This document shows positions 27,657 to 36,946 of a stretch of DNA of 64,000 nucleotides, piece by piece (the first letter of the stretch is position 1; each line of letters opens with the position of its first letter). The stretch lies in contig DATAEW010000034.1 in NCBI GenBank assembly GCA_036257815.1, positions 1,484 through 65,483 of the forward strand, given 5' to 3'. A model generated the notes under the pieces. The model ran no database searches. It was not told the DNA's origin and saw only the letters and a list, made by a program, of their open reading frames with translations. Both the position numbers and the translations under genes were made by a program. Origin of the DNA: Solirubrobacterales bacterium (lineage in GTDB: Bacteria; Actinomycetota; Thermoleophilia; Solirubrobacterales; 70-9).

Positions 27657-29381
27657 GTGACCAACGCCGAGATCGCCGCCGCGCTGGAAGAGCTGGGCAT
27701 CCTCTACGAGCTCGACGGGGCGGTCAAATATCGCGTCCTCGCCTACTCGACCGCGGCCAAGGCGATCCGCGAGAGCCCCATCTCGGTGGCCGAGCTGGCA
27801 GCGCAGGGCCGGGCGACCGAGGTTCCGGGGGTCGGCAAGACGCTGGCGGAAAAGATCGACGCGCTGCTGACGACCGGGGAGATCCCCGCCGCGGTGAAGC
27901 TGAAGGCGAAATTCCCCCCGACCCTGATCGAAGTCACGCGGGTCCCGGGAGTCGGCCCGAAAACCGCGCGACGCCTCTTCGAGGAGCTCGAGATCTCCTC
28001 GATGGAGGACCTGAAGACGGCGGCCGAGGCGGAGAAGATCCGCCACGTCAAAGGGCTCGGGCCGAAGGCCGAGGAGAACATCCTCGCGGCGCTCGAGCGG
28101 CTCGGCGAGCCGGGGGAAGGGCCCGGGCGGCTGCTGCTCTCGAAGGTCAAGCCGGTGGCCGAGGAGCTGGCGGCGGCGCTGCGCGAGCACCCCGCCGCCA
28201 ACCGGGTCGAGGTCGCGGGCTCGGTGCGGCGCTGGGCCGAGACCTGCAAGGACATCGACCTGATCGCCACCGCCGAGGAGCCGGCCGCGCTCGCCGAGCA
28301 CCTGGTCTCCCACCCGCTGATCGCCGCCGCCGGCAACCCCGGCCCCAACGGCGTTCGCGCCCAGACCCACAACGGGATCTCGGTCGACCTGCGGATCGTC
28401 CCGCCGGCCGCCTTCGGCAACCTGCTGCAGCACTTCACCGGCTCCCAGGCGCACAACGTGCAGCTGCGCGAAGAGGCGGTTGCCCGCGGCCTCTCGGTCT
28501 CCGAGCACGGGATCACCGAGGCCCGTAGCGGCGAGGTCGAGCTCTGCGAGAGCGAGGCGGCGGTCTACGAGCGGCTCGGCTACGCCTACGTGGAGCCCGA
28601 GCTGCGCGAGAACCGCGGCGAGCTGAAGGCGGCGCGGGAAGGCAAGCTGCCCGAGCTGATCGAGCTGGACGACGTCCGCGGCGACCTGCACTCCCACACC
28701 ACCCTCTCCGACGGCCGCAACACGCTCGAGGAGATGGCCGAGGCGGCCCGCGAGCGCGGCTACGAGTACCTGGCGATCACCGACCACTCGGCGACCCACG
28801 GCTTCGGCGACGACGTCAGCGCCGAGCGGCTCTGGCAGCGGATCGAGGAGGTCGGCGCCTGGAACAAAGGCAGACGCGCCTTCCGCCTGCTCGCCGGCTC
28901 GGAGATCAACATCGGCCTCGACGGCTCGCTGGACTACCCGGACGATCTCGTCGAGGCGCTCGATTGGGTGGTGGCCAGCGTCCACACCTCCTTCGCGATC
29001 TCGGAAAAGGCGATGACCGAGCGGGTCCTGACGGCGATCGAGAACCCGCGGGTCAACTGCATCGGCCACCTCACCGGCCGGTTGATCGGCCGCCGCGAGC
29101 CCTACGGCATCGACATCGAGGCGGTGGCCGAGGCGGCGGCCCGGACCGGCACGATGCTGGAGATCAACGGCAACCCCAACCGCCGCGACCTCTCCGACCG
29201 CCACGCCCGGCTCGCCGCCGAGGCCGGCGTGACGATCATCCTCAACACCGACGCCCACGGCGTCGACACGCTCGCCAACATGGCCTACGCGGTGGCGACC
29301 GCCCGGCGCGCCTGGCTGACCGCCGCCGACGTCGCCAACACGCGGCCCTGGAGCGCGTTCAAGAAGCTGCTGCGATCTTAG
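27657..29381 (+). CDS. polX: Family X DNA polymerase with C-terminal PHP domain (PolX)
   Basis: N-terminal HhH (GVGKTLAEKI, VPGVGPKTA), GSVRRW..TCKDIDL palm, and PHP motifs DLHSHT and ITDHS. Confidence 0.9.
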   Translation: MTNAEIAAALEELGILYELDGAVKYRVLAYSTAAKAIRESPISVAELAAQGRATEVPGVGKTLAEKIDALLTTGEIPAAVKLKAKFPPTLIEVTRVPGVGPKTARRLFEELEISSMEDLKTAAEAEKIRHVKGLGPKAEENILAALERLGEPGEGPGRLLLSKVKPVAEELAAALREHPAANRVEVAGSVRRWAETCKDIDLIATAEEPAALAEHLVSHPLIAAAGNPGPNGVRAQTHNGISVDLRIVPPAAFGNLLQHFTGSQAHNVQLREEAVARGLSVSEHGITEARSGEVELCESEAAVYERLGYAYVEPELRENRGELKAAREGKLPELIELDDVRGDLHSHTTLSDGRNTLEEMAEAARERGYEYLAITDHSATHGFGDDVSAERLWQRIEEVGAWNKGRRAFRLLAGSEINIGLDGSLDYPDDLVEALDWVVASVHTSFAISEKAMTERVLTAIENPRVNCIGHLTGRLIGRREPYGIDIEAVAEAAARTGTMLEINGNPNRRDLSDRHARLAAEAGVTIILNTDAHGVDTLANMAYAVATARRAWLTAADVANTRPWSAFKKLLRS

Positions 29382-29896
29382 GCCCCGTAGGTCAGCCGGT
29401 CGCTGCGCAACCCCGGCGTCCGCACCAGCTCGATCGGACGCAGGGCCGAGCTGGGCACGACGTAGAACTTGACGCCGTCACGCTGCTCGATCCCGAGGAC
29501 GGCGGCCTCGCGGGTGTGCCAGGCCAGCGAGACGATCAGGGCGTAGCCGGCGCCGATCACGGCGACGCCTGGGAAGAAGACGCCGAGGCCGCCGGCGATC
29601 ACCGCGGTGACCCCGATCGGCCAGAGGCGGCCGAGGGCAATACGGGACGGCGACTCGGCCGGCAGCGAGGTCGCGGTGCGGGCGTGCGCCAGGGCGTCGC
29701 GGACGCCGTCGGGGGCACGCGAGGGGCGGCCGAGGTAGAGGCCGGTCGCCAGCGAGGCCAGCCACCAGGCGGCGGCGACGAGGATCGTCGTCGCGTCGTC
29801 GTTACGGCCTGCCGCCAGGGCGCCGATCGTCCCGAGGGCGGTCGCCTCGGCGCCGGTGAGGAAGACGGTGACTCGGAGCAGATCGGTGTAGGGCAC
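29378..29896 (-). CDS. Hypothetical membrane protein
   Basis: 172 aa with 4 predicted TM segments; abuts the otsB stop. Confidence 0.55.
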   Translation of the reverse strand: MPYTDLLRVTVFLTGAEATALGTIGALAAGRNDDATTILVAAAWWLASLATGLYLGRPSRAPDGVRDALAHARTATSLPAESPSRIALGRLWPIGVTAVIAGGLGVFFPGVAVIGAGYALIVSLAWHTREAAVLGIEQRDGVKFYVVPSSALRPIELVRTPGLRSDRLTYGA

Positions 29897-30724
29897 CTAT
29901 GCAGCCAGCCACTCGAGGATGCGCAGCCAGCCCGCCGGTCCCTCGACCGTCAGGTCCGACTCTTCGCCCAGCTCGGCCGGCGCCTCGGAGGAGACGATGC
30001 CGACGCAGACCGTGGCCGCCAGCTCGTCGCGCTCGCGCAGCTCGCGCAGGCGGCGGAAAGCGTCGAGGTCGGTGCGGTCATCGCCCGCGTAGACCACGCG
30101 ATCGACGCCGTCGGCGGCCAGCAGCGCGGCGACCGCCTGGTCCTTGCCACCGCCGCCGAGCGGGCGCAGCTCCAGCACCTTGCGACCCCAGCGCGGCTCC
30201 AGCCCCGCCTTGCCGGCCTCGACGGCGATTTCGTGCGCTCGCTTCTCCGCCCTCGCCTCGTCGCCGGCGCCGCGCCAGTGCAGCGCCTGGATCGGTCCCT
30301 TGTCCTCGCGCCGCAAGCCGGCGGCGCCGAGGCGGTCGGCCGCCAGACCCTCGAGAAAGGTGGAAGCGTCGCGCTCGCGGCCCGCCAGCGAGGGGTCCCG
30401 CTGGGGCTCCCGCTCACCCGGGAACAGCAGCTCGAGGCCGTGGTTGCCCGCGTAGGCGAGGCCGTCGAGGCCGACCAGCCGCCGCGCCTCAAGCGCCTGC
30501 CGCCCGGAGACGCAGCCGACCAGGCCGAAGCGCTCGCTCAGCGTCGCCAGCGCCTCGCGCGCCGCCCCCGGCACCGTCGCCTCCTCGGCCCGCGCGGCGA
30601 TCGGCGCCAGCGTCCCGTCGACGTCGGTGAGGACCGCCGCCCGGGCGGGGGCGCTGCGCAACGGCTCGAGCAGCGTGCGCCAGGCGCCCTCCCCCGTCTC
30701 AGCGCGCTCAAATTCGCGAGGCAC
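29897..30724 (-). CDS. otsB: Trehalose-6-phosphate phosphatase (HAD family)
   Basis: LTDVDGTLAPI (DxDGT), GCVSGR and YAGDDRTD. GTG 30724 chosen as start; the tracked ORF over-extends. Confidence 0.8.
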   Translation of the reverse strand: MPREFERAETGEGAWRTLLEPLRSAPARAAVLTDVDGTLAPIAARAEEATVPGAAREALATLSERFGLVGCVSGRQALEARRLVGLDGLAYAGNHGLELLFPGEREPQRDPSLAGRERDASTFLEGLAADRLGAAGLRREDKGPIQALHWRGAGDEARAEKRAHEIAVEAGKAGLEPRWGRKVLELRPLGGGGKDQAVAALLAADGVDRVVYAGDDRTDLDAFRRLRELRERDELAATVCVGIVSSEAPAELGEESDLTVEGPAGWLRILEWLAA

Positions 30725-30742
30725 AGCACTTAGTATCGCCGC

Positions 30743-31129
30743 ATGTCGTCCCTGGCCGGCGCGCAGCGATCGCACCAGACGCTGAAGCTGGCCGCGATCG
30801 GCAGCCTGGCCGGCGCCTTCAGCGGCCTCTTCGGGGTCGGGGGAGGCACCGTGATCGTCCCTCTGCTGATCTTCTGGTTCGCCTACGGCGAGCGGCTGGC
30901 CACCGGGACCAGCCTGGCGGCGATCGTCCTCATCGGGCTGCTCGGCGCGCTCGCCCAGGGCGGCATCTACGGCAACGTCCACGTCCTCACCGGGCTGCTG
31001 CTGGCGATCCCGGCGATCGGCGGCGTCGTCCTCGGCACGGCGATCCAGCAGCGCATCCCCCAGCGTGCCGTCTCCTACCTCTTCGCCGGCCTGCTGGTCG
31101 CGATCGCGATCGAGTTGATCCTCAAATGA
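30743..31129 (+). CDS. TauE/SafE (TSUP) family, half-size 4-TM protein 1
   Basis: GLFGVGGGTVIVPLL motif; about 4 TM; 128 aa. Confidence 0.75.
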   Translation: MSSLAGAQRSHQTLKLAAIGSLAGAFSGLFGVGGGTVIVPLLIFWFAYGERLATGTSLAAIVLIGLLGALAQGGIYGNVHVLTGLLLAIPAIGGVVLGTAIQQRIPQRAVSYLFAGLLVAIAIELILK

Positions 31130-31494
31130 GCGAGCTTGCCGCGGCGCTGATCGCCGCTGCCGGCGGGCTCGCGGGCGGGCTCGTCGGGGTCGGCGGCGGC
31201 GTCCTCTTCGTTCCCGCCCTGACCGTCTGCCTCGGCCTCAGCCAGGTCGAGGCAGAGTCGACCTCGCTGCTGATGATCGTGGTCGTCGCCCTGGCCGGCG
31301 CCTACCGGCAGAACCGCTACGGCAACGTGCGGATCCGCGAGGCGATCGCGATCGGCGCTCTCTCACCGCTCGGAGTGCTGGTCGGCGTCGGGATCGCCAA
31401 CCACGTCTCCGAACGCGTCCTGCAGCTCTCCTTCGCCGCCCTGGCGCTGTTCATGGCGATCCAGCTCGTGCGCCGCGCCCGGGCGGCTCCCTGA
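31126..31494 (+). CDS. TauE/SafE (TSUP) family, half-size 4-TM protein 2
   Basis: GLVGVGGGVLFVPAL motif; about 4 TM; 122 aa; ATGA overlap with the first half. Confidence 0.75.
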   Translation: MSELAAALIAAAGGLAGGLVGVGGGVLFVPALTVCLGLSQVEAESTSLLMIVVVALAGAYRQNRYGNVRIREAIAIGALSPLGVLVGVGIANHVSERVLQLSFAALALFMAIQLVRRARAAP

Positions 31495-31535
31495 AGGGCC
31501 TTCGGTCGCGAGCCGCATGCTCTACGCTCAAAAGC

Positions 31536-32405
31536 GTGGATTCGCTCACCTGGGAAGGCGACCTGCCGCACCTGCGATCGCCCATCCTGGTCTGCGCCTT
31601 CCGTGGCTGGAACGACGCCGCCGCGGCCGCCTCGACGGCGCTGGCGACGGTTGCCAACGCGCTCGATTCCGAGCTGATCGCCCACGTCGACCCGGAGGAG
31701 TACTTCGACTTCCAGTCGACGCGGCCGACGATCAGCATGGACGAAGGGCAGACGCGGCGGATCGATTGGCCGGAGAACAACCTGATTGCGGTTCGCGTGC
31801 CGACCGCCGACCGCGACCTGGTGCTGCTCGACGGCACCGAGCCGAACCTTCGCTGGCGGACCTTCTCGGAGACGATCGCCACCGCGGCCGACGCGCTCGG
31901 GGTCGAGCTGGTGATCACGCTCGGCGCCCTGATCGCCGAGGTCTCCCACACCCTGCCGGTTCCAATCACCGGCCTCGCCACCAGCGCGGAGCTGGTCGAG
32001 GAGCTGGAACTGGAGCGCTCGAGCTACGAAGGCCCGACCGGGATCGTCGGCGTCGTCCACGACCTCTGCCGCCAGGCCGACATCGACTCCGCCTCGCTGT
32101 GGGCGGCGGTTCCCCATTACGTCGCCGCGGTGCCGAACCCGAAGGCGGCGCTGGCTCTGCTGCGCCGGCTCGAGGGGTTGACCGGGATCGCCGTCGAGGC
32201 CTCCGAGCTGGAAGAGGAAACCAACGACTACGAGGAGCAGATCGGCCGCGCGGTCGCCGCCAACCCGGAGATCGAGGAGCTGGTCGCTCGGATCGAGGCC
32301 GAACAGGCCGACCTGCTCGGCGACGAGGGCGAGGAGCTGCCCTCCGCGGACACGATCGCCCGCGAGTTCCAGCGCTTCCTCAAGCAGCGCGGCGACGGCC
32401 GCTGA
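31536..32405 (+). CDS. PAC2 (proteasome assembly chaperone 2-like) family protein
   Basis: LRSPILVCAFRGWNDAAAAAS..., EYFDFQSTRP, GPTGIVGV; acidic C-terminus. Confidence 0.8.
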   Translation: MDSLTWEGDLPHLRSPILVCAFRGWNDAAAAASTALATVANALDSELIAHVDPEEYFDFQSTRPTISMDEGQTRRIDWPENNLIAVRVPTADRDLVLLDGTEPNLRWRTFSETIATAADALGVELVITLGALIAEVSHTLPVPITGLATSAELVEELELERSSYEGPTGIVGVVHDLCRQADIDSASLWAAVPHYVAAVPNPKAALALLRRLEGLTGIAVEASELEEETNDYEEQIGRAVAANPEIEELVARIEAEQADLLGDEGEELPSADTIAREFQRFLKQRGDGR

Positions 32406-32414
32406 GGGCCGGCG

Positions 32415-32909
32415 TCACGGCCTCCCCGGCTGAGCCTCGCGGAGGCCGACCCAGAAATCCGCGTCCCCTTGGTCGTCCGCGTATTCAACGGAGACGTCGA
32501 GGACGTTGCCCGTCATCAGGTCGCGCGGCAGCTTCGTTACCCAGGTCCCGCGTCGTGGCGAAGCGGGGTTGGACCTCAACCTCGCGAGGGCATCTTCAGC
32601 TTCACCGGCAACGTGGAGGAGCGAGACCGCGACCCGTGCCGCGGGGGCCCCGATCCGCAGCGACACCCTGTCGCCAGCCGAAACGCTGAGCCGCTTGCGA
32701 ACCGGCAGCGGATAGCCGGCGTCCAGGCATAGCGCGGAGGAGGAGCCGTTCCAGCAGTAGGTGCCCAAGGATGCCGTCACGGCCGCATCGCCCCGCTGGG
32801 CCGAAAGCGGCGGCGGGCTGCCCGCCCTCAGGTCCGATGCCGATGCCCCACTCGAGAAGGCAAGCAGGCATCCAAGCGCGATCACAACCGATCTTCCATA
32901 TCTCGTCAT
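32415..32909 (-). CDS. Hypothetical secreted protein
   Basis: N-terminal signal peptide (VVIALGCLLAFSSGASA); 164 aa. Confidence 0.5.
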   Translation of the reverse strand: MTRYGRSVVIALGCLLAFSSGASASDLRAGSPPPLSAQRGDAAVTASLGTYCWNGSSSALCLDAGYPLPVRKRLSVSAGDRVSLRIGAPAARVAVSLLHVAGEAEDALARLRSNPASPRRGTWVTKLPRDLMTGNVLDVSVEYADDQGDADFWVGLREAQPGRP

Positions 32910-32952
32910 GCCCGGCTGGTACGTCAGGCGCCCGCCCCGAGTTCAGGCCGAA

Positions 32953-35907
32953 CTAAGACTCGGCGGCCGGGCAGATCAGCCGGTAGTCGCACCAGCCGCA
33001 GACCGTGGGGGAGGGACGGGGCTCGAAGTCCTGGCCGAGGATTCCCTCGCCGACCTGGAGCACGGTGCGCTCGACCCGCTCGGCGTCGTCGGGCTTGGTC
33101 GGCGCGACGACCTTGTCGGCGTCGAGCACGTAGTAGTAGCTGCCGCTGGCCGCCTCGACTTCCCAGGCCTCGCGGGCGGCGAGGCGGTAGAGCGCCAGCT
33201 GCAGGTCGCTCTCCAGCTCGACCTCGCTCTTGCGCTCGCCGGTCTTGTAGTCGATCAGCTCGTAGTCGCCGTCGGGCAGGCGGTCGACCCGGTCGACGCG
33301 GCCGCGGACGTGGTGCTCGCCGACCTTGAAGTCGAACTTGCGCTCCAGCCACACCGGTTCCCCCTCGGCGATTCGCTCGCGCTCCCAGTAGAGGCGCAGC
33401 GCCTCGCGGGCGCGGTCGCGGAACTGCAGCTCGTCGTCGCTGGAGCCGAAGCCGCTGCGACGCCAGCCGGCCTCGAAGAGCCGGTTGAGCTGGCGCAGAC
33501 CGTCGTCCTCGTCTCCCGGCGGCTCCTTGTGAAAGCGCTCGAGCACGTTGTGGATCAGGATCCCGAAGCGCTGGTTGATCGTCGGCTCCTGCGGGATGCC
33601 GAAGACGCGCGCGAACTTGTACTTCAGCGGGCAGGTCAGGTAGAGGGTCAGGTCGGAGGCCGAGAGGCTGAGCCGGCCGTCGCCGCGGCGCGGCAGAAAG
33701 GCCTCCAGCGAGGGCTCCTCGCGGGCGGCGATCAGCTCCAGGCGGCGGCCCCGCTCGTGCTCGGAGTCGAGCAGGTAGGCGTCGAGTGAGGAGGCGTCGA
33801 GCTCGGCCTGCTGCTCGGGCGTCGCGACCTGGCGCAGCAGCCCGTTCACCGCCGCGATCGCCTCCGCGGTCGGCTCGTCACCCGGTCGCTGGGCGAGCGC
33901 CGCCAGCTTCAGCAGCTCCAGGTAGCGGGCGATCGCCCGGTTGACGTCGATCGCCGTGTCCAGGCGCGGCTCGGAGAGCTCGCGCCCCGCCCGCCAGGAG
34001 GCCTCCAGGACCTGCTCGCGCAGCGTCCGGTAGGTCGCGTGCAGGCCCTCCGCCGGGCCGAACAGCTCCTCCTCGTGGATCTCCTCATCGACCCCGGCGG
34101 CCGCCAGCGCCTCGGTGTAGAAGCGCGAGGGCACCGCCTCGCCCTCCTCGCCGCGGGCCAGCCGCGAGAAGACCAGCCCGCTGCGCGCCGGCCAGCCGAT
34201 CCGCGACCATTCCCCCTCCGCCTCCAGGCCGAGCACGAAGACGTGGTCGAAGCCGATTCCCTTGACCGCGTCGGGGGCCATCGCCTGCACCGCCCCGACC
34301 GAGCGCGGCTCCTCGCCGCCCGCCGGCTCGACCCCGGCCTCGGCCACAGCGCTCAGGTAGGCGACGAAGCCCCGGGTCGAGCCGTGGGGTTCGCGGCGCG
34401 CCCAGGCGGTCGCCAGCTCGGCCAGGCGCGAGAGTCCGAGCAGCCGCTCGGCGACCTCCGGCTGGGCGGCGAAGAGCCGCTGCCGGCGCAGGCCGACAGC
34501 CTCGATCAGCCGCCGCACGAAGACGTCCGCCCGCCGCTCCTCCATCACCGCCGAGGCGGTGTTGTAGAGCTTGAGGAAGGTCCCGATCCGCTCGCGCGCC
34601 TCGGGTTGAAACTGCGGGCTGTCGAGCGCCGCCTCGCAGGCCGCGACCATGTCGAGCTTGCGGCGCCGGGCAATCGTCGTCAGCCGTGCGAGGTCGCCGG
34701 AGCGCAGCTCGACCGGCGGCCGGGTCAGCGCCCGCGCCGAGGCGGCCGAGTCGTCCGGATCGGCGAGGACGCGCAACCAGGCGACCGCGTCGCGCACCTC
34801 CGGCCGCTGGAAGAGCGCCGCCGAGCCGGCGAGGTGGAAGGGGATCCCGCGCTCCTCCATCGCCGCCGCAACCGCTCCGCCGTCGCGGCCGGGGTCGCCG
34901 ACGACGACGCAGATCTGCTCCGCGGCGGTGCCGCTCGCGACCAGGTGCTCGACCTCGCGGGCGACCGCCTGCGCCTGCGCCCGCTCGTTGCCGCAGCGCC
35001 AGAACCGCTGCGCGGGGACCCGGAAGCGCTCCTCGAGCCGGACCGCTCGGGCGCCGGGGTGGAGCTCCTCGAACCAGGATTCGAGGAGCGGCGCGGCCTC
35101 CTCGAGCGCGTAGAGATGGTTCGGGTTGTCGGCCGCGAGCGTCTCGAGGATCGCCCGCTGGGCCCTCGTCGTCTCCTCCAGCTCATCGACCATCAGGTGC
35201 TCGAACCGGGTGGCGATCTCCGACCGCACGTCCGGCCGCTCGACGAACAGGCAGTCGAGGGCGAGGAAGACGTCGCCGCGGTCGAGGCTGCCCGCCTCGG
35301 CGAGGATCCGGTCGTGGGTCGAGAAGAACTCGGCGAACTCGAGCTCGCGCCGCGCCGCCTCGCGCTCGGCCTCCTCGGTGGCCGCCTCCTCGCGGGCTTG
35401 GGCGCGCCCCTGCAGCGTCGTCGGACCGACCGATTCGGCCTTCAGCCCATCGATCCGGGCCAGCAGCCGGGCCAGCAGGCCGGCCGGGTTGCCGCGGATC
35501 TCGTGCCGGCGCAGCGGCAGGCCGTCGAGCCGGTCGAGCATCATCGCCAGCCGCTCGGCTGGCCCGAGGACGTCGAAGAACGGGTCCAGGCCGGCGGCGT
35601 CGCAGTACTCGCGCAGCAGTCGCTCGCCGATCGTGTCCCAGCTGCCGATCCACAGCTCCTCGAACGGCCCCTCCAGCATCGCCTCGGAGCGTTCGCGCAG
35701 CCGCCGCGCCGTGGCTCTCGTCGAGCCGATCGCCAGGACGCGCTCCGGCCCCGTGCCGCGAGCGGCGAGCTCGGCCAGGCGGCGGGCGATCAGCTCGGTC
35801 TTGCCGGTGCCGGCGGCGCCGAGCAGCAGCAGCGGGCCGGCGTCATGGACGGCGACGGCATCCCTTCGCTGCGCCCGCGAGGCGGCCTCGGTGGGGTGGT
35901 CGGGCAT
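32953..35907 (-). CDS. UvrD-like helicase fused to PD-(D/E)XK nuclease with Cys4 cluster (AddB/AdnA-like)
   Basis: GAAGTGKT Walker A; C-terminal nuclease (D..DYK) bracketed by C(PLKY) and CGWCDYRLICP (C-x2-C-x5-C). ATG 35907 chosen as start. Confidence 0.8.
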   Translation of the reverse strand: MPDHPTEAASRAQRRDAVAVHDAGPLLLLGAAGTGKTELIARRLAELAARGTGPERVLAIGSTRATARRLRERSEAMLEGPFEELWIGSWDTIGERLLREYCDAAGLDPFFDVLGPAERLAMMLDRLDGLPLRRHEIRGNPAGLLARLLARIDGLKAESVGPTTLQGRAQAREEAATEEAEREAARRELEFAEFFSTHDRILAEAGSLDRGDVFLALDCLFVERPDVRSEIATRFEHLMVDELEETTRAQRAILETLAADNPNHLYALEEAAPLLESWFEELHPGARAVRLEERFRVPAQRFWRCGNERAQAQAVAREVEHLVASGTAAEQICVVVGDPGRDGGAVAAAMEERGIPFHLAGSAALFQRPEVRDAVAWLRVLADPDDSAASARALTRPPVELRSGDLARLTTIARRRKLDMVAACEAALDSPQFQPEARERIGTFLKLYNTASAVMEERRADVFVRRLIEAVGLRRQRLFAAQPEVAERLLGLSRLAELATAWARREPHGSTRGFVAYLSAVAEAGVEPAGGEEPRSVGAVQAMAPDAVKGIGFDHVFVLGLEAEGEWSRIGWPARSGLVFSRLARGEEGEAVPSRFYTEALAAAGVDEEIHEEELFGPAEGLHATYRTLREQVLEASWRAGRELSEPRLDTAIDVNRAIARYLELLKLAALAQRPGDEPTAEAIAAVNGLLRQVATPEQQAELDASSLDAYLLDSEHERGRRLELIAAREEPSLEAFLPRRGDGRLSLSASDLTLYLTCPLKYKFARVFGIPQEPTINQRFGILIHNVLERFHKEPPGDEDDGLRQLNRLFEAGWRRSGFGSSDDELQFRDRAREALRLYWERERIAEGEPVWLERKFDFKVGEHHVRGRVDRVDRLPDGDYELIDYKTGERKSEVELESDLQLALYRLAAREAWEVEAASGSYYYVLDADKVVAPTKPDDAERVERTVLQVGEGILGQDFEPRPSPTVCGWCDYRLICPAAES

Positions 35908-35941
35908 CTGCCCAACGCTAGCGCGCCATACGATCCCGCCG

Positions 35942-36760
35942 ATGGACGTTTTCTCCGCAGACTGGCTGGGAATCTGCCGCCGCGCGGTGGCGGCGCAGCG
36001 GGCCCTGTTCGCCGCCACGGCGAGCAGCGAGGAACGCACGGTCTACGACGGGATCGGCGAGGGGGGCGACCACACCCTGGTCGTCGACCGCCAGTGCGAG
36101 GACATCGTCTTCGCCGAGCTGGAGGGGCTGGCGGCCCAGGGCGCCTCCTTCGTCGCCGTCTCCGAGGAGCGCGGCGAGGTCGCGTTCGGCTCCGGCGGCG
36201 AGACGCGGGTGGTGATCGACCCGATCGACGGCTCGCTCAACGCCCGCCGCACGATCCCCTCGCACAGCCTCAGCATCGCCGTCGCCTCGGGGGCGACGAT
36301 GGCCGACATCGAGTTCGGCTTCGTCCACGACTTCGGCGCCGAGGAGGAGTTCACGGCCCGCCGCGGGGACGGGGCGAGGCTCGGGGAGGCGCCGGTCGGG
36401 GTTGCCGCCGAAGCCGAGCGCCTGGAGGTGGTGGGACTGGAGTCGGCGGAGCCGAAGCGCGCGCTGCCGGCGCTGGCGGCGCTGGCGGACCGGGCCTACC
36501 GGTTGCGGGTGGTCGGCTCGATCGCGCTCACCGCCGCCTACGTCGGCGCCGGCCGCTTCGACGCGATGCTGAGCCTGCGCGAGTGCCGCTCGGTCGACGC
36601 CGCGGCGGCGCAGCTGATCGTCCGCGAGGCGGGGGGCGTCGTCGCCTTCGGCGAGCTCTCTCTGCCGGAGGCCTCGCTCGGACTCGACGCCCGCTATCCG
36701 ATTGCCGCCGCGCGCGGCGAGGCGGCCCTGGCGACGGTGCGGTCGGCCCAGACCGCCTGA
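35942..36760 (+). CDS. Inositol monophosphatase / FBPase-family phosphatase
   Basis: VSEERGE, VIDPIDGSLN and the WDAAAA-like SVDAAAAQLIVREAGG motif. ATG 35942. Confidence 0.85.
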   Translation: MDVFSADWLGICRRAVAAQRALFAATASSEERTVYDGIGEGGDHTLVVDRQCEDIVFAELEGLAAQGASFVAVSEERGEVAFGSGGETRVVIDPIDGSLNARRTIPSHSLSIAVASGATMADIEFGFVHDFGAEEEFTARRGDGARLGEAPVGVAAEAERLEVVGLESAEPKRALPALAALADRAYRLRVVGSIALTAAYVGAGRFDAMLSLRECRSVDAAAAQLIVREAGGVVAFGELSLPEASLGLDARYPIAAARGEAALATVRSAQTA

Positions 36761-36785
36761 GCGGGGCTGAACCTGCGGGGCTGGC

Positions 36786-36822
36786 CCTGCACTTTGTAGC
36801 CCAGAGGGTTACAAAGTGCAGG
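36786..36822 (+). repeat. Hairpin cctgcactttgtagccc-aga-gggttacaaagtgcagg (related to 16621-16661)
   Basis: 17-bp stem with one position that is a G-U pair only if read on the plus strand. Followed by gatggggg, as in the other copy. A further GTAACCC / GGGTTTACAAA half-site pair lies at 36838-36870. Confidence 0.7.
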
Positions 36823-36883
36823 ATGGGGGCCGGCGGCGGCTGTAACCCGGCTCGCGGAGGGGTTTACAAACATGTGTTCGCAG

Positions 36884-36897
36884 AGAACGTATGTTCG
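36884..36897 (+). promoter_or_regulatory. Candidate LexA (SOS/Cheo-type) box aGAACgtatGTTCg overlapping a TAGACT -10
   Basis: Perfect GAAC-N4-GTTC dyad 2 nt upstream of tagact (36899-36904), about 45 nt upstream of ATG 36947. Confidence 0.4.
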
Positions 36898-36946
36898 TTA
36901 GACTCGGGCTCGCCGAGGAAGCCCACGATCAAGGGAGTCTCACCCC

